A DNA stretch of 64,000 nt from Octopus vulgaris (Eukaryota): positions 66,464,001 through 66,528,000 of the forward strand of contig OX597831.1 of the NCBI GenBank assembly GCA_951406725.2, given 5' to 3'. A program made the position numbers and the translations under genes. The notes under the pieces are model-generated. The model made no database searches, was not told where the DNA came from, and saw nothing but the letters and a program-made list of their open reading frames with translations. Positions 11,741 through 25,973 of this stretch are shown here, in pieces; the stretch's first letter is position 1; every line of letters begins with the position of its first letter.

Positions 11741-12394
11741 AAAAATGCGTCTACAATGCATTAGCCCACTCCGTTCTTCTCCATGGAACAGAAACATGAC
11801 CCTTCTCAAGGATCTTGGCAAAGAGGATTGACAGTTTTGATAGCAAAGAACTGCGTAACTGGATACATCAGCCTCCTACCTCATAGCTGTCTGTCACATG
11901 CACTGGTAAGGACACATCCTCCATCTCTCACTAGATCGTCCTTTACTTTCATTCAATGCAGCAACTGCAGGCTGGAAGAGGCCTTGTGGCAGGCCCCACG
12001 CTAGATGGCTGGATGCGATTGGGGAAGGTCTCCAGAGGCTCAACATCACCTAAGAAGATGCAGAGGGGTTGGCACAGAACCACCAATGATGGAGAGCAGT
12101 GGTGAACCTGGTCAGCTTTATGCATGATGGCATCTCTGGGACCACTAACCTGGGATGACCCCAACCTCATTAAGCAAGAGCATGAAGCAAGCAAGCAAGC
12201 AGCAGAAAATATGGAGTGGGGAGAATGGTAAAGAAAATATTATGGATGCCAAATTACCATCCAATATTCTACACATACTGCCAAACACCAAATTCCAAAA
12301 TAACAATAAACATCCCAGTTTCGTTAATGACATACTAAGAACACTCTGCTCTAATGAGCAGTCGAATATAACAGCACTAATTTAACAACACTCT

Positions 12395-12720
12395 AATATA
12401 ATTAGTTGAGTACTACTGTCTTAGTTGAAAAATAATTCATTATTTGAAGACTAATCTATTAGTTAAAAACTAAATTACTGGTTAAAGACTAAAGTAGTTG
12501 AACACTAAATTATTACATGAAAAGTTGAAGATTAAATTATAGGATGAAGATTAACTTATTGATTGAACACCAACTTAGTAGTAGAAGACTAACTTAATAG
12601 TTGAGGTATAACTCTTTGTTTGAAGACCAAGTCATTGACTTACTTATAGATGATGACTAACTTATTCACAAAAGAGTAATTCATTGCTTGAAGACTAACT
12701 GGTTGACCAACTTATTGGGT
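12395..12720. repeat. Degenerate minisatellite, ~19-bp unit TTGAAGACTAACTTATTAG
   Basis: More than ten decayed units visible. Confidence 0.7.
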
Positions 12721-13553
12721 AAATTAGTGTTAATATATTTAATGGAAGAAAGCAGCAAGCTGGCAGAATTGTTAGCATGCCAGGTAAAATGCTTAGAAGC
12801 ATTTCGTTCGTCTTTATGAAGTCAACTTTACCTTTCATCCCTTCTGGGGTTAATAAAATAAGTACCAGTTCAGCACTGGGTCAATGTAACCAACTTAGCC
12901 CCTTTCCCTAAAACTGCTGGCCTTGTGCCAAGAATTGAAACCACTATGTTTAATGCAGAAATAACAAAAACAAATTTGGTTCATTTTTCTATATTTGCAA
13001 TGGTTAGACAGGTCTTCTTCAAACAGAACCACACTATTTGTCACAGCCACTCATCATCATTTTTCCTGGATCGGTGTTAGAAACGTTAGCACACCGGGCA
13101 AAATGCTTAGCGGTATTTCGTCTACCGCTACGTTCTGAGTTCAAATTCCGCCGAAGTCGACTTTGCCTTTCATCCTGTCGGGGTCGATTAAATAAGTACC
13201 AGTTACGCACTGGAGTCGATATAACCAACTTAATCCATTTGTCTGTCCTTATTTGTCTCCTCTGTGTTTTACCTCCCATATCTTTCACTTGTGCAGGTTC
13301 GTTTCACTTGTTGAGGTAGGTGTTCCTTTACCTAACTGTCATCTTCCACATACATCACAGCCTTCTCTCTTGCATTTGTGTCTGACACATTTCCAATTTC
13401 CTCTCATATCATTTGCACTCCACTATTCATACACACTAGTATTACATATCTGGCAGAGCATGGCTTGCCTCATTTCTTTCCAACCTCCACATTTGCATGT
13501 TTTGCCATCGTACAACATTGCATTTCAGTCACAGGTGTCATAGAATCTATAGT

Positions 13554-13785
13554 AAGGCGGCGAGCTGGCAGAAACATTAGCACATCGGGCACAATGCTTA
13601 GTGGTATTTCGTCTGCCGTTACATTGTGAGTTCAAATTCCGCCAAGGTCAACTTTGCCTTTCATCCTTTCGGGGTCAATTAATTAAGTACCAGCTACGCA
13701 CTGGAGTCGATGTAATCGACTTAATACCTATGTCTGTCCTTGTTTGTCCACTCTATGTTTAGCCCCTTGTGGGTAATAAAGAAAT
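13554..13785 (+). mobile_element. Family B SINE with 17-bp TSD
   Basis: TSD AGGTGTCATAGAATCTA at 13533-13549 and 13786-13802; inserted in a decayed RTE (about 13290-14830, minus). Confidence 0.9.
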
Positions 13786-14387
13786 AGGTGTCATAGAATC
13801 TACCACTAACTCTAAGAGAGATTCTTTTGCTGCCAACAGAGATAATGGCTCCATTGAACTTTTTCACCCCATTCTTACTCTGGCTATTATACTTTCAGTA
13901 TATTTACAGCAGCAATCAACTACATCTAAAGAGCTTTCTGAACATTTGAAACAATTTATTTCTTGAATGCTCAAACAGCTAACTATTCTTGCACACTAGC
14001 CACATACCAAATCGTTCTCTGCCAGCTTGTCTGTCGTCCCTCTGTACCTCCTGAGCACCCACAGTTTTCATTGGTTTCACCATATGGAATTCCTACCAAG
14101 TTCTTTTCTGCTTATGAAACATGGTCACTTCCCATATGGCAGTAAAGCCCCAACCTTTGTTCATGATTCAAGGCATTACTTTCACATTTGGATTTTCTTT
14201 TCAAAATGTTTGATAGATTGAGCTATGAGAACTAGGTCATGAGTATACAGGTTATCTCACAGATAACTGAAGTTAAACTCCTCTGTTATGGCCTAGAAAC
14301 CTATAATAAACAGAAGAGGGCTGATACAGGCCTATTTCCATACTAAATTCCTTGCTGAACTCACTGAACTCTCTTCTTTCTCATACC

Positions 14388-14602
14388 TATTTCTTTACTA
14401 CCCACAAGGGGCTAAACACAGAGGGGACAAACGGGTCAAGTCAATTACATCGACCCCAGTGCGTAACTGGTACTTAATTTATCGACCCCGAAAGGATGAA
14501 AGGCAAAGTCGACCTCGGCGGAATTTGAACTCAGAACAAAACGGCAGACGAAATATGGCTAAGCATTTCGCCCGGCGTGCTAACGTTTCTGCCAGCTCAC
14601 CA
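14388..14602 (-). mobile_element. Family B SINE with 17-bp TSD
   Basis: TSD CTCTTCTTTCTCATACC on both sides. Confidence 0.9.
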
Positions 14603-15382
14603 CCTCTTCTTTCTCATACCATCTCCCACAAGCCATTCATGTACACCTGACTTTCTTAAAGATCACCAGACAATAGATATGGTACACTGTCAGAAGCCTT
14701 TTCCAGATCGATGACTGCTGGGTATGGTGGGTTACTCTTGGATAATATTGCTTTGATTCTTTTGGCAAATATTGGAAACGAACTCTGGAAATGTTCTACC
14801 CACTTCACATACCAAAGACTTTACTGCTTTTACCAAAATAGCGATAAGAGAACCACTAAGTAAATGTAAATGAATTTACAATATGTTGAAGGAATAAATT
14901 ATTCTTGGAAGCTATCCAAATGAAAATAAACTAAATATAGGAAGCATCAAAAAGCTATCAAGAAAAAATCATTTTCAAATCGTCTGCTTCCTCTTCACTT
15001 TTTGCAGTCTTTCTCTTTCCACCTCTTCTCTATTGCTTCCCTTTTTCAAGTCACTCATTCTCATGTTCTTTCACTCAACATTCTTATCATTTTTTTTTTA
15101 TATCTGTATTCTCTCCTCATGCTTCCTCCTAATTTCTTCATTCTCTCTTTCTCTTTTGACTTCTTTTATACTTCATCCCAATCCGCCTCTTTTCTCTTAT
15201 TTTCTTTCTTATCTGCACTCTTCTTCATTGTGAGTAGTTCATGCTGCACTATACAGAGATGAAATATTCTCCATATATATCCTCTAATGACAAACATCAA
15301 CATGAATTATATAACTAGGATAATTTACAAGTTTAATTTCAATACGGTTTGTGTGTGTATGTTGACATTTAGTTTTACTTAC

Positions 15383-15433
15383 TTGTCATATTGCTGTATT
15401 CTTTCATAGCAATAAGAACGATTTCCGAAGAAT
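15383..15433 (-). CDS. TTC31: TTC31-like exon, TPR2 helix A (FFGNRSYCYERIQQYDK)
   Basis: ctccag acceptor, GTAAGT donor; 51 nt, phase 2-2; NRS motif typical of carboxylate-clamp TPR domains. Confidence 0.93.
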
Positions 15434-16205
15434 CTGGAGAAAGAAAAGTAGATGGGTTTGAACAAAATGAAATGATGAGAATGTCAACAGAGCAATACAG
15501 AAATTGTATCTTTAATTAAAAGTTTAGAACTGATATTGTAAGAAAAACTTTCTCCATAAGGGCAAGATGTGTAGTTGAAGGGTTTGCTTGGCAGTCACAC
15601 TGTTCTGGTTTTGATCGCATTGTATGAAATCTTGGGCAAGTCTCTGCAACTATAACAATATCTTATGAGTGGAATTTGCAATATAGAATCTTCACAGAAG
15701 TATGGTATTTTTGTGTGTGTGTGCGTACATGCATGTACACATACATGTATGTACAAGTGCATGCATGTATGAAAAAGTTCATAAGGCTCCCTCCAAAGAG
15801 TGTCATTATCATCATCATTTAATGTCTTTCTTGTTGACATGGGTTGAATGCTTTAAAAGAATCCCGTAAGCCAGAGGACTGCATCAAGCTCCATCGTTTG
15901 TTTTGGCATGGTTCCTATAGCTGAATGCAGCTTCCTAATGCAAACCATTTTACAGAATGTACTACATGCTCTTTTCATGACACTAGCAAGGTTGCCATGT
16001 AACTCACAAGACAAAGAAAAAGATACCTCAACTAAGAGGGAGGTGACCTTATGTTAGGTGTTGAGAGGCTAAAGTATGACAGAGGAACAGGCTTGGGTGT
16101 CTTGCTAAAGAGGAGATACCCAGCTATCTAGCATTGTATAAGGGTGGGTATGAGTAGCTGAAAAAAAGACATGAGATGGGGTGATGAGATGTCAGAATGT
16201 ACTCT

Positions 16206-16438
16206 AAAGCGGCGAGCTGGCAGAAACGTTAGCATGCCGGGCGAAATGCTTAGCCGTATTTCGTCTGCCGTTACGTTCTGAGTTCAAATTCCGCCGAGGT
16301 CGACTTTGCCTTTCGTCCTTTCGGGGTCAATTAAATAAGTACCAGTTACGCACTGGGGTCAATGTAATCGACTTAATCCGTTTGTCTGTCCTTGTTTGTC
16401 CTCTCTGTGTTTAGCCCCTTGTGGGCAATAAAGAAATA
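16206..16438 (+). mobile_element. Family B SINE with 12-bp TSD
   Basis: TSD AGAATGTACTCT; A and B box-like head. Confidence 0.9.
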
Positions 16439-17050
16439 AGAATGTACTCTCAAGTACAGGAAGGCAGATATAAGAGAGAATATGGACAGAAGATTGGGAA
16501 AGATGGGTGGATAAGTTCATAAGGGTGTGAGAGAAGAGTGGCAAATGGTTAGAGATGAGGGAAGAAGCAAATGTAGTGAATGATAAAGAAGGGTGGCAGT
16601 GTAGTTAATAGTAAATATCAGCATGAGGATGCAGAAGAAGGTAAAAGAAATAAGAGTGGCTGAGGAAGGAAGAGATGAAAAGTGGTTGCACAGGAAGGGC
16701 GAAAAGCAGTAGTATGATAAACTGTAGACAGGTCAAAGAATAAGCTGTACAGAGATGGATATCAGAAGAATGTAGGGGTATGTGGTTCCGTGGACAGCTA
16801 TAGAGGGAAGTAACTGGTAGCAAAAGTAGGACAAGAAATATGTGCAGGTTCTACTCCCGTATAATTACAGCAGCTGAATAGTACCATAGTTAGAGGAGTA
16901 GAAGGATAGGTATGAGGAAGATGCGAGGTGAGGAAGACTTGATGGAGACAAATTAGGTGCAAAGGCAGGGACCAATAACTAAATAGACATAAAACATAAT
17001 GCTTTAGAATCTTACTTTCACAATGACAGACAGTGAGCACAGTGAATTGC

Positions 17051-17340
17051 GGATCTTTTCGGTTTGAATGGCAGTTTTTTCTAGCGGTGTCATATGAAAT
17101 TGTCACTCATAATCATGACCCTAGTATCGATCTATTGCATTTCAATCTGTTTTAGGGTTAGGGTCAGGGGTGGGGAAGGGTATCTTTCTTTCTTCACAAA
17201 TGTAAATAAACCCAATCTGTTTCTTAAACGAGGGACATATTCATACAGCACAGAATGCTTTTTAACTCAATAAACATCACTGATTGATTGAAATCGAAGA
17301 AATTGAAGAAAAAACACAACAAATATCTTACAAACTATAG
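17051..17340 (+). mobile_element. Truncated copy of the 8-bp-TSD MITE
   Basis: Left TIR and body match the family; right end is missing. Confidence 0.8.
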
Positions 17341-17379
17341 CTGGAGCCTTGTACCAGCCACAGATTTAATCTATCTCCC

Positions 17380-18150
17380 ACCAGCAGGTTGTCCCATAAG
17401 AATGCCCAGTTCTCTTCTGTATAATATGACTCTGTCTCATCCTTCTTCTCAAATATTACAAGTACTCCTATAAATCTTGGACTGTTCAAGAGATCCTTAA
17501 GCTTCCATATCTTCCGTTTCCAGGCTGGTATGTGCATGAGTCTTTTTAGCTTTAAGCCAGTAGGTTTTATCTTATGTTGGGTTACACATTCTTCACCTGG
17601 GAAGTACTTTGTATTCACAAGCATCTCTCAATCCCATTTTTTGGTGTAATCACGAAACTGATGGGTGGTTAGTTTCTTGAATTTAGTGCTACAGATTATC
17701 AGAGCATTTACGGCAGAATTCCAAGGGCTTTGTCCACTCTTAATTTCTAGAATGAAAGCCATAGCTTTCATGAACCTCATGGAATTTGTTGAGTTTCTGC
17801 CCAGCATGTCTGCTCAAGTCACCCACCATGAAATTAAAGTCATCCATTTGTCAAGGTAACCTGCAAAAGGGATTAGTAAATTCAATCTTTTGTTTATATG
17901 AGTCACAGTTGAGGAGCGTATGCAGAGACAAATGTTGCTGTCATGTTTTCCAAGATTACTCTATATTTAATTATCTTATCACACACTCTGACAACCTCTT
18001 TCTGAAGAGATTTTATATTGTCCCTTGCTCATGAAAAGTCTAGTGGAGGATCCCCTCCATCTTACTTCTTGAATGCAGCACAAATCCCCACACCTCCGTT
18101 CTAATAATTTCACAATCTTACTAGCCCTACCTTTCATTGCGGTAGTTCTA
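17380..18150 (-). mobile_element. Decayed RTE endonuclease fragment
   Basis: MKGRASKIVKLLERRCGDLCCIQEVRWRG and FPGEECVTQHK match the 991-aa ORF. Confidence 0.8.
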
Positions 18151-20299
18151 AGATTGTTGACTGAAAAGAAGATTTGTGTACAGGTTTGCCTACAGGCAGA
18201 GGGTTGTTGCACATGTGCAATTAATCATACAACTGTGAAATGCATGTATGTATGCGTGAGTATGGGTACATGTGGTGTTATATATATATATATAGATAAA
18301 TTAAGAAATGAAGTTAAATGCAGGTGTTATTCAAACCATTTATACTTCCAATATGTGTTTCAAAGAAAGCATTGATATTATTCCAGAGGGAATAAAAATA
18401 ACCATGCATAAAATAAAATATATGAGTGATATGGAGTTCTGCAACCCCTCTACAATGAATAAGAACTGAATGAAATTGTGACAACCCGTCTAAGCCACAA
18501 GAGCATGGAAAATGGATGTAAAATGAAAATGTTGCAAAGCTGCATAACAGTGGAATGTGGGCCTTCATTGCAAAGAATTTGAGAAGGCTGTAAAGAAATG
18601 AAGCTAGCATACTTCACTAGATGTGCAGCATACGAATGACGAAATACAAATGTGTTGAGAGAATGGGAAACAAGAGACATCAGATGTAGTATGCAAGAAA
18701 GAAAACAGCACTGGTATGAACATGTAATGAGAATGGATGAGAACAGCTGTATAAAGAAATGCTAAACACTTAATAAGGATGGCACTTGTGAAAGAGGGAG
18801 ACCCAGGACTTACAGAAGATATGACAAAGGACTAGAATGTCTGGCAATATGTGACACTTGAGAAGACCTGCCTATCTTGGAAAAGACAAGATTCTGGAAG
18901 CATATATGCACAATAGGGGCCCTCATGCTATTTCCTCTTCAAGCCATCATCATCACACATCATTTCTCTATCACTAACCCCACCATCACCTACTTCACTG
19001 CAATATTCTGCTGCTGTAATTAAATGTGAGCAGAACTGCATACTTCATCTGCTTTTCCTTGATATCACTCATCTTTCTCACTACCTGGAACCTTTTCACT
19101 TTGATATATATCCTTCATTCTTAAAACTGACCCTTCTTACACACATTTCACATTGATCACCCTACTGTGTCCCCAAATTATCTCCCCATCTCCACCTCAA
19201 TGCACCTCTCACTCTTGCAACCTGGACAGTATCATGAAGTGGAGAACTTTTCTTTATTTGGATGCTATCTAGAATGTCATATTTATCTCTTACTATTACT
19301 GAGAGGTTCTCAAAGATAGTAATAGTTAGAATGTGTATATTATTAGGTTTTAGTAGCGTTTTATATATATGCAGTGAAGATGAAAAGTTGTGGTAGGTTA
19401 GCTTAGCTCTTAGACACCCCTACTTGTAAATATCTGCAGCTGTCATCATTTGCATGAAACCACAATTCAAATAGCATTGTTATCTGGGATCGAAAATTGG
19501 AACTAAGCTCTCTTCTGTGAAAGAAACACATTCAGTTTCATTTTAGAAAGAAATTCCTGTCGAAAGACTTCTCGTTTGCACTATCTATGTTTCACTGGAA
19601 TTCTTCTTCCTTTCATTTTCAAGCATAATGGTGTTTCATATCCCAAGCAGTGAGTCAGAACTCAATGATATTATTTATCAATGATTTATGTATTAGCATT
19701 TTTTTTCCTGATTTAATTAGAGAGAGATAACTTAGACTTGGATAAAATAATTAGAGTGATATTTCTGGATGTCAGGATTTATGGATTTTGAAAAGGAGTG
19801 GAATTACAATGTAGTTGATATTTCATTGAGGCTTTTCTTAGTGAATGGTGAGGATTAAAAAAAGATTAATTTGCAGATAAATTCTCTGTATACTGCTGGG
19901 TTTGTAAGAACATAATTTTTTTTTTTTTGTAATAAAATAAGACTAAATTTGTTGGGCCTTACAAAACCTTTGAATTGAGAAGATAAAGGCATATTTTGGA
20001 ATTCTTTTACTAATGCGAGTTGTACATCTTCCAAGTTACAAAAACTAACTGGAGTATCAGTTCAACTCTGAGACAGGAAATTAATATGCAGGAATCAATG
20101 CAGGTGATATGACAACAAGTAAAAATCAATATAACAGGTAAAATCTACATTCACAATGTACATCGATGATCATTGTATAGTATCAGCAAATTTGATCCAA
20201 AATCATGCAAAAATTATATTTTTATGATTTTTATACTGGACTAGCAGCATTTTAGCAAAATCTCTAGTTTTTATTAGGATCAGGAGATTTGTATAGCCT

Positions 20300-20647
20300 A
20301 AGCACAACAGATTCCATGGACAGCGAGGCTCACCAATGGAGAAGTTCTTAAGTAGATCAGGCCGAAAATGTCACTAGAAGCTAGGATCACCAAGCACAGA
20401 TTGGCATATTTTGGTCATATTATGCAGAGAAAATTCCTGGAGAAGGACATCATTCTCGGAATGATCAGTGGCAAGAGAGGAAGAGGCCGACCAAGAACCT
20501 GCTCGCTTGACACCATCAAGAGGGATACCGGAATGGACATAGCCAATCTGAAAGAAGCGGCCCAGGATAGAACTGACTGGAGGACACTGATCCATGGAGT
20601 AACCGAGAGTCGACTGCGACTGAGCGGATAGATAGATAGATAGATAA
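20300..20647 (+). mobile_element. BovB-like RTE 3' end with (GATA)n tail
   Basis: RLAYFGHIMQR..LEKDIILG.ISGKRGRGRPR..WRTLIHGVTESR. Confidence 0.85.
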
Positions 20648-23176
20648 GCACGACAGGACATTAAGAGTTAAACACTGCTGTGTCTATGTTTTGTGCTGTG
20701 AAAAAAAAGAAGGTACAATTATAGGATCTTAACAAAAACCTATATTTAATGGGGGGGTTTGTATGCTGTTAAGGAGTGTGTGGATGAGGCCTGAGAGCAA
20801 AGGAATAGTGTCATCAATAGAAGAATTTGTGCAGTTAAAAGTGAAAAAAATGATAATAGTGGGACAGATAATTAGGTGCCTAGGTGCACTGAGGTTCAAA
20901 GAGAAAGAGAGAGAGAGAGAGTTGAAGAGAGAACCATTAACTCACACTTCAATGGAATTATTCAACAGGAAGCCTCCAATCCAGGGTGGAGCACTAAGGT
21001 AGAAAGTTTTTCAAGAAGGTTCTTATGCCAGACATAGTCAATTACTTTGTTGATGTTAAAAGCAACACTTTGCTTTCACCAAAGTTTTCAAGGGCAGGAT
21101 TTAATTTTTGTGAAGTGGAAGAGAAGCTCTCAGAAACCACACTGATTATTAAGAAAGGAAATAGATTTAAGGATGACGGTACAGTCAGGTAATATAAAAA
21201 AAAAGAAGAAAAAAAAAGATTTCAAGCCTGAGACTGAAGAGGTTTCTAACACAGAAACACATATTCCAAAAACAAACTACACTAAGTTTTATATGGAATT
21301 GTAAATTTCTAGACAATGTGGAGAGAAGGGTGTGATAGTGTTGGTAATCAAATGTAATAAGCCTATATAGTACATGATAATGTTGGAAGATTCATTAATG
21401 GAAACTGTCAGGAAAGTATAAATTTAAAAGGATAAACATCAACCCCTAAAACGTCCCTTGCAATTTCAATATCTAACATATCCATACATAAGAAAATAGG
21501 AACCCAGATATTGTTATTGTGTATAACAATGCAAGACTATGGTAAATCCTTAACAATGCAGATAATGCAATTGAAAACAAGAAAACGATGAGGATGATCA
21601 GAATTTCATGAATAAAATTGAAACTAATAAAAAACGACTTGTAATTCTAGTTGTCAAGGAATGTTCCATACTAGATTTGATAAGGTTAAGTAATATAAGA
21701 TTGAGGTCATTACTATCATTGTAGTTGGCACTATCATCATCATCATCATCATCATTTTTATGTCTGCTTTTTTCATGCTTTCATGGTTTGGATAAAATTT
21801 CTTGAGGAGTATTTTTTGGCCAGAAGCCCTTCCAGATACTTGTTTTCAAGACATCAGGTCAAGCCTGTTCTGATTCGCTCATCCTGAGCATACCACCATC
21901 ATAATCCACCACTTAGGAGGAAAGTATCCTGTGAAGGTTTTTTGCTGAACAGCCAACTTATGGGAGATGAGTTGAAGAGAGTTCCTGGCATAGAGACAGT
22001 CACTGAATGAATGACTATTTTCAAAATCCGAATGTAGCCGATGCCAGCGCCATCTAGACTGGCTTCCATGCCGGTGGCACGTAAAAAGCACCAATCCGAT
22101 CGTGGCATTTGCCAGCCTCGCCTGGTACCTGTGCCGGTGGCATGTAAAAATCACCCACTACATTCACGGAGTGGTTGGCGTTAGGAAGGGCATCCAGCTG
22201 TAGAAACACTGCCAGATCAGACTGGGCCTGGTGTAGCCCTCTGGCTTCCCAGATCCCCGGTCGAACCGTCCAACCCATGCTAACATGGAGAACGGACGTT
22301 AAACGATGATGATGATGATGATGATGAATTTCATTCCTCTAGTCTTTATATACTAAGTTATAGGACATATTGTTTAGGCAGGACATAAACAAATGTCACA
22401 ACTGACCAAGAGATATCAATTGTGAAGACATGCATATACAAGCACATAAACACAACAGTTTCTGTACATTTTCTGGCTACCAAAAATCACTCGTGCAGCA
22501 CTGGTTAAGTAAAGTCTACGAGAAGACAGCTGCCCAAGGTGCCATGCCGAGGGATCAAACTTAAAAGCATGTAGATGTGAAGTGAACTTCTTAACCACAC
22601 AGCCATGCCAAGACCATTATTTTTAATTAGCAGCATTGCTACAAAAATGTCTAATATTAAGAGAAATGTTAAGGGTTTACTTTGGTAAATTAAATCAATT
22701 TATAGTATATTAGCACCAAAAATTACTAGTTGCAATTTTCTCCCGAGTAAACACTATCCAGCATAACATAAAATCAAGAAAAGGAAATTATAAAATAGAA
22801 TAATAATGTTAATTATTTATTACTCAGAAATGAAGCTGCAGACTTATAAATCCATCTTCAACACACACACACACATAGATCACCAAAAGATGAGCCATCA
22901 GTGGAACCTCTACACAGTTGCTTGACTTATAAATACACCAGCCAATTCTCCATTAAATCACACCCTATTGTATTAAGAAGGGAAAAACACAATAGTGTAT
23001 TCTTAGATACATTATGCCAAGATAAAAGGATGGAGAAGACAGCAGGTGTATCTTTGATTACTGGTCTTAGGGATTCAAGGCTGACCTGGGGTTCAACAAA
23101 CATACTCACAAATCTTCAACTAGTGACTGCACACTATAGCATAGCAAACTTAAGTGTGTATGATTGATGGGAAAGT

Positions 23177-23541
23177 GGGAATGGAAGCACTCCGTCGGTT
23201 GATCCGATCAACGGAACAGCCAGCTCGTGAAATTAACGTGTAAGTGGCTGAGCACTCCACAGACACACGCACCCTTAACGTAGTTCTCGGGGATATTCAG
23301 CGTGACACAGAGAGTGACAAGGCCGGCCCTTTGAAATACAGGTACAACAGAAACAGGAAGTAAGAGTGAGAGTAAGTTGTGGTGAAAGAGTACAGCAGGG
23401 ATCACCACCATCCCTGCCGGAGCCTCGTGGAGCTTTAGGTGTTTTCGCTCAATAAACACTCACAACGCCCGATCCGGGAATCGAAACCGCGATCCTACGA
23501 CCGCGAGTCCGCTGCCCTAACCACTGGGCCATTGCGCCTCC
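23177..23541 (-). mobile_element. tRNA-derived SINE (family C) with 11-bp TSD
   Basis: Head GGAGGCGCAATGGCCCAGTGGTTAGGGC...GGTTTCGATTCCC; TSD GATGGGAAAGT at 23166-23176 and 23542-23552. Confidence 0.88.
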
Positions 23542-23662
23542 GATGGGAAAGTAAGACTAAAGATAACAGCAGAGGGTGAGAAACATCTCTATTTATGAAT
23601 TCTCCAAAATCTTAGAAGATACTCTGAGACAATAAAGGAGATATTACAGCAAGTTGACTCAC

Positions 23663-23753
23663 CGAAAATCACTTGGATCAAGTCGTATTGCTTCTGTGAA
23701 AAGATCTATAGCAGCGGCATAATGACCCATTTGTGCCATTTCATTACCTCGAA
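23663..23753 (-). CDS. TTC31: TTC31-like exon, TPR1 (IRGNEMAQMGHYAAAIDLFTEAIRLDPSDFR)
   Basis: ctgcag acceptor, GTGAGT donor; 91 nt, phase 1-2; canonical TPR pattern GN-x5-G-x-Y-x2-A-x3-F-x2-A-x3-DP. Confidence 0.93.
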
Positions 23754-23789
23754 CTGCAGGAAAAGATAAATGTATTATTATTATTATTA

Positions 23790-23820
<31 letters not shown>

Positions 23821-25973
23821 GATCATGATGATGGCAATAATAACAATGAATTCTAAGTCTGACACAAGGCTATACATTTTAAGGGAGGGGTCAATTAATT
23901 ACAATGAAACCCACTCCCCTAGTACCTGCCTGGTACTTATTTTGTTGATTCATGAAGAAAGATAAAGTCAATTGGGGTGGGATTGGAACTCAGAATGTAT
24001 TGGGAGTTCTTTAAATGCTGCAAGATGTTTAATCCACTACACTAATTCTCTCAAATAACCACCACCACCACCACCACTGTCACAGCAACAACAACAATAC
24101 TGGCTTCTTTGAGGTTTATATCATAGTCTTTGCTGAATTTACCTTAAGGACTCCCAATTATGGGTTTTGCTTCCATGCCTAGAATTTTATCTCTAAGTAT
24201 ACTTGCTCCAGTTCACTCAGCTGTAGAAATGAGTTGCGACGTCACAGGTGCCAAGCTGTATCGGCCCCTTTGCCTTTCCCTTGGATAACACTGGTGGCAT
24301 GGAGAGGGGAGGCCGGTATGCATGGGCAACTGCTGGTCTTCCATAAAACAACCTTGCCCAGACTTGTGCCTGGGAGGGTAACTTCCTAGGTGCAATCCCA
24401 TGGTCAGTCATGACCGTAGGAGGTCTCAATCTGTAAGAACTAGATCCCCAATGCACAAGCATGGGTAAATGGTCTTACCCTTTTTGATATTAACCCTCCA
24501 GAGACTGCCTCTGGATCAGTAGTACAAATGTCTTGTTTCCGAAAGTTCTAAATTAAATTCTTCCATCAAAACTTAGTGTTAATTTATGTTCCTAACACCA
24601 GCTTCATGATAACAAAGTTTTGTTGTGTCTAGGGAGAGTTTATAATGCCAATAAAAATTAAAATAAACACATTCCGGTGGCACGTAAGAGAACCATCCAA
24701 TCGTGGCCGTTTGCCAGCCTCGCCTCGCCTCCGTGCCGGTGGCATGTAAAAAGCACCATCTGAACGTGGCCGTTGCCAGCGCTGCCCCGACTGGCCTCCG
24801 TGCCGGTGGCACGTAAAAAGCACCATCCGAACATGGCTGTTGCCAGCGCTGCCCTGACTGTCCAACCCATGCCAGCATGGAAAGCAGACGTTAAACGATG
24901 ATGATGATGATGATTACATGCAATTAATCAGTTGTTAGAGTCCTTTTGTCGCTATTCATGACTTCATCAATGACATACCCTCAGTCTTCAAGGTCAGCTT
25001 TAGTTCGTCTGAGAACTAGTGTGTGTGTTTATGCATATGTATGTACATACATATCTGTATATATAGAGGTGTGAGTGTTTACTTGTATGAGTGCATTCTG
25101 GTGTGTGTGTGCATTCTGGTATGTGCATTATGTGTGTGTAGTTGGTTATTTTTTGAATAGGTAAGTACATGTATGTTTGCATTTGTGCATTCTTATATGT
25201 GTATGCGTGTGTGTGTGTGTGTGTTCTTTTTCACATATGATTGTGTGAGGGGGTAGCCCATTGCTTTTATAATAGGTAACCATCTGTGTATAAGTGTGCA
25301 TGTGTTCCTCTGTGTGTGTGTGTACATGTGCACAAGGATGTGTGTGGTTGTGTTCTTGTGTGTGTGTGTGTGTGTGCGTTTTCAAGTGTGTATGTGTGTG
25401 CATGGATGTGTATGGTTGCATACTGGAATTGTTTATAATTTATGGACTGTGTATCCTGTTGTCATTGTAGTGCCACCCTATATATATATTTCTTTACTAC
25501 CCACAAGGGGCTAAACATAGAGGGGACAAACAAGGACAGACAAAGGGATTAAGTCGATTACATCGATCAAGTGGGAAACTGGTACTTTATTTTTCGACCC
25601 CACGAGGATGAAAGGCAAAGTCGACCTCAGCGGAATTTGAACTCAGAACGTAACGACAGACGAAATACCGCTAAGCATTTCGCCTGGTGCGCTAACGTTT
25701 CTGCCAGCTCGCCAGTGGCACGTAAAAAGCACCCACTACACTGACAGAGTGGTTGGCCACCCTATATATATACCTACCTATACCCACACATGCCCTCCCA
25801 TCCACACAGATGTACACCCACCCACACTGGTAACAAAAGAGTTAAACCCCTCCATGACAGTTTGTAAGACAATAATGAATCAGAGGGAGATGTGAACTGA
25901 ATCATGATGAACTCTCTTCACACTAAATTCATCACTGAAATTGTTGTTGACTCTCACTTTACTTACAGCAACC

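Noticed and set aside
14985-15230. Purine-rich minus-strand stretch as an extra K/E-rich exon
   Set aside because: The flanking exons already join in phase in the middle of a TPR, and no clear splice sites were seen.
23470-23541. tRNA gene, and likewise the other SINE heads
   Set aside because: A and B boxes are present but the cloverleaf is imperfect and continues into a SINE body with a TSD.
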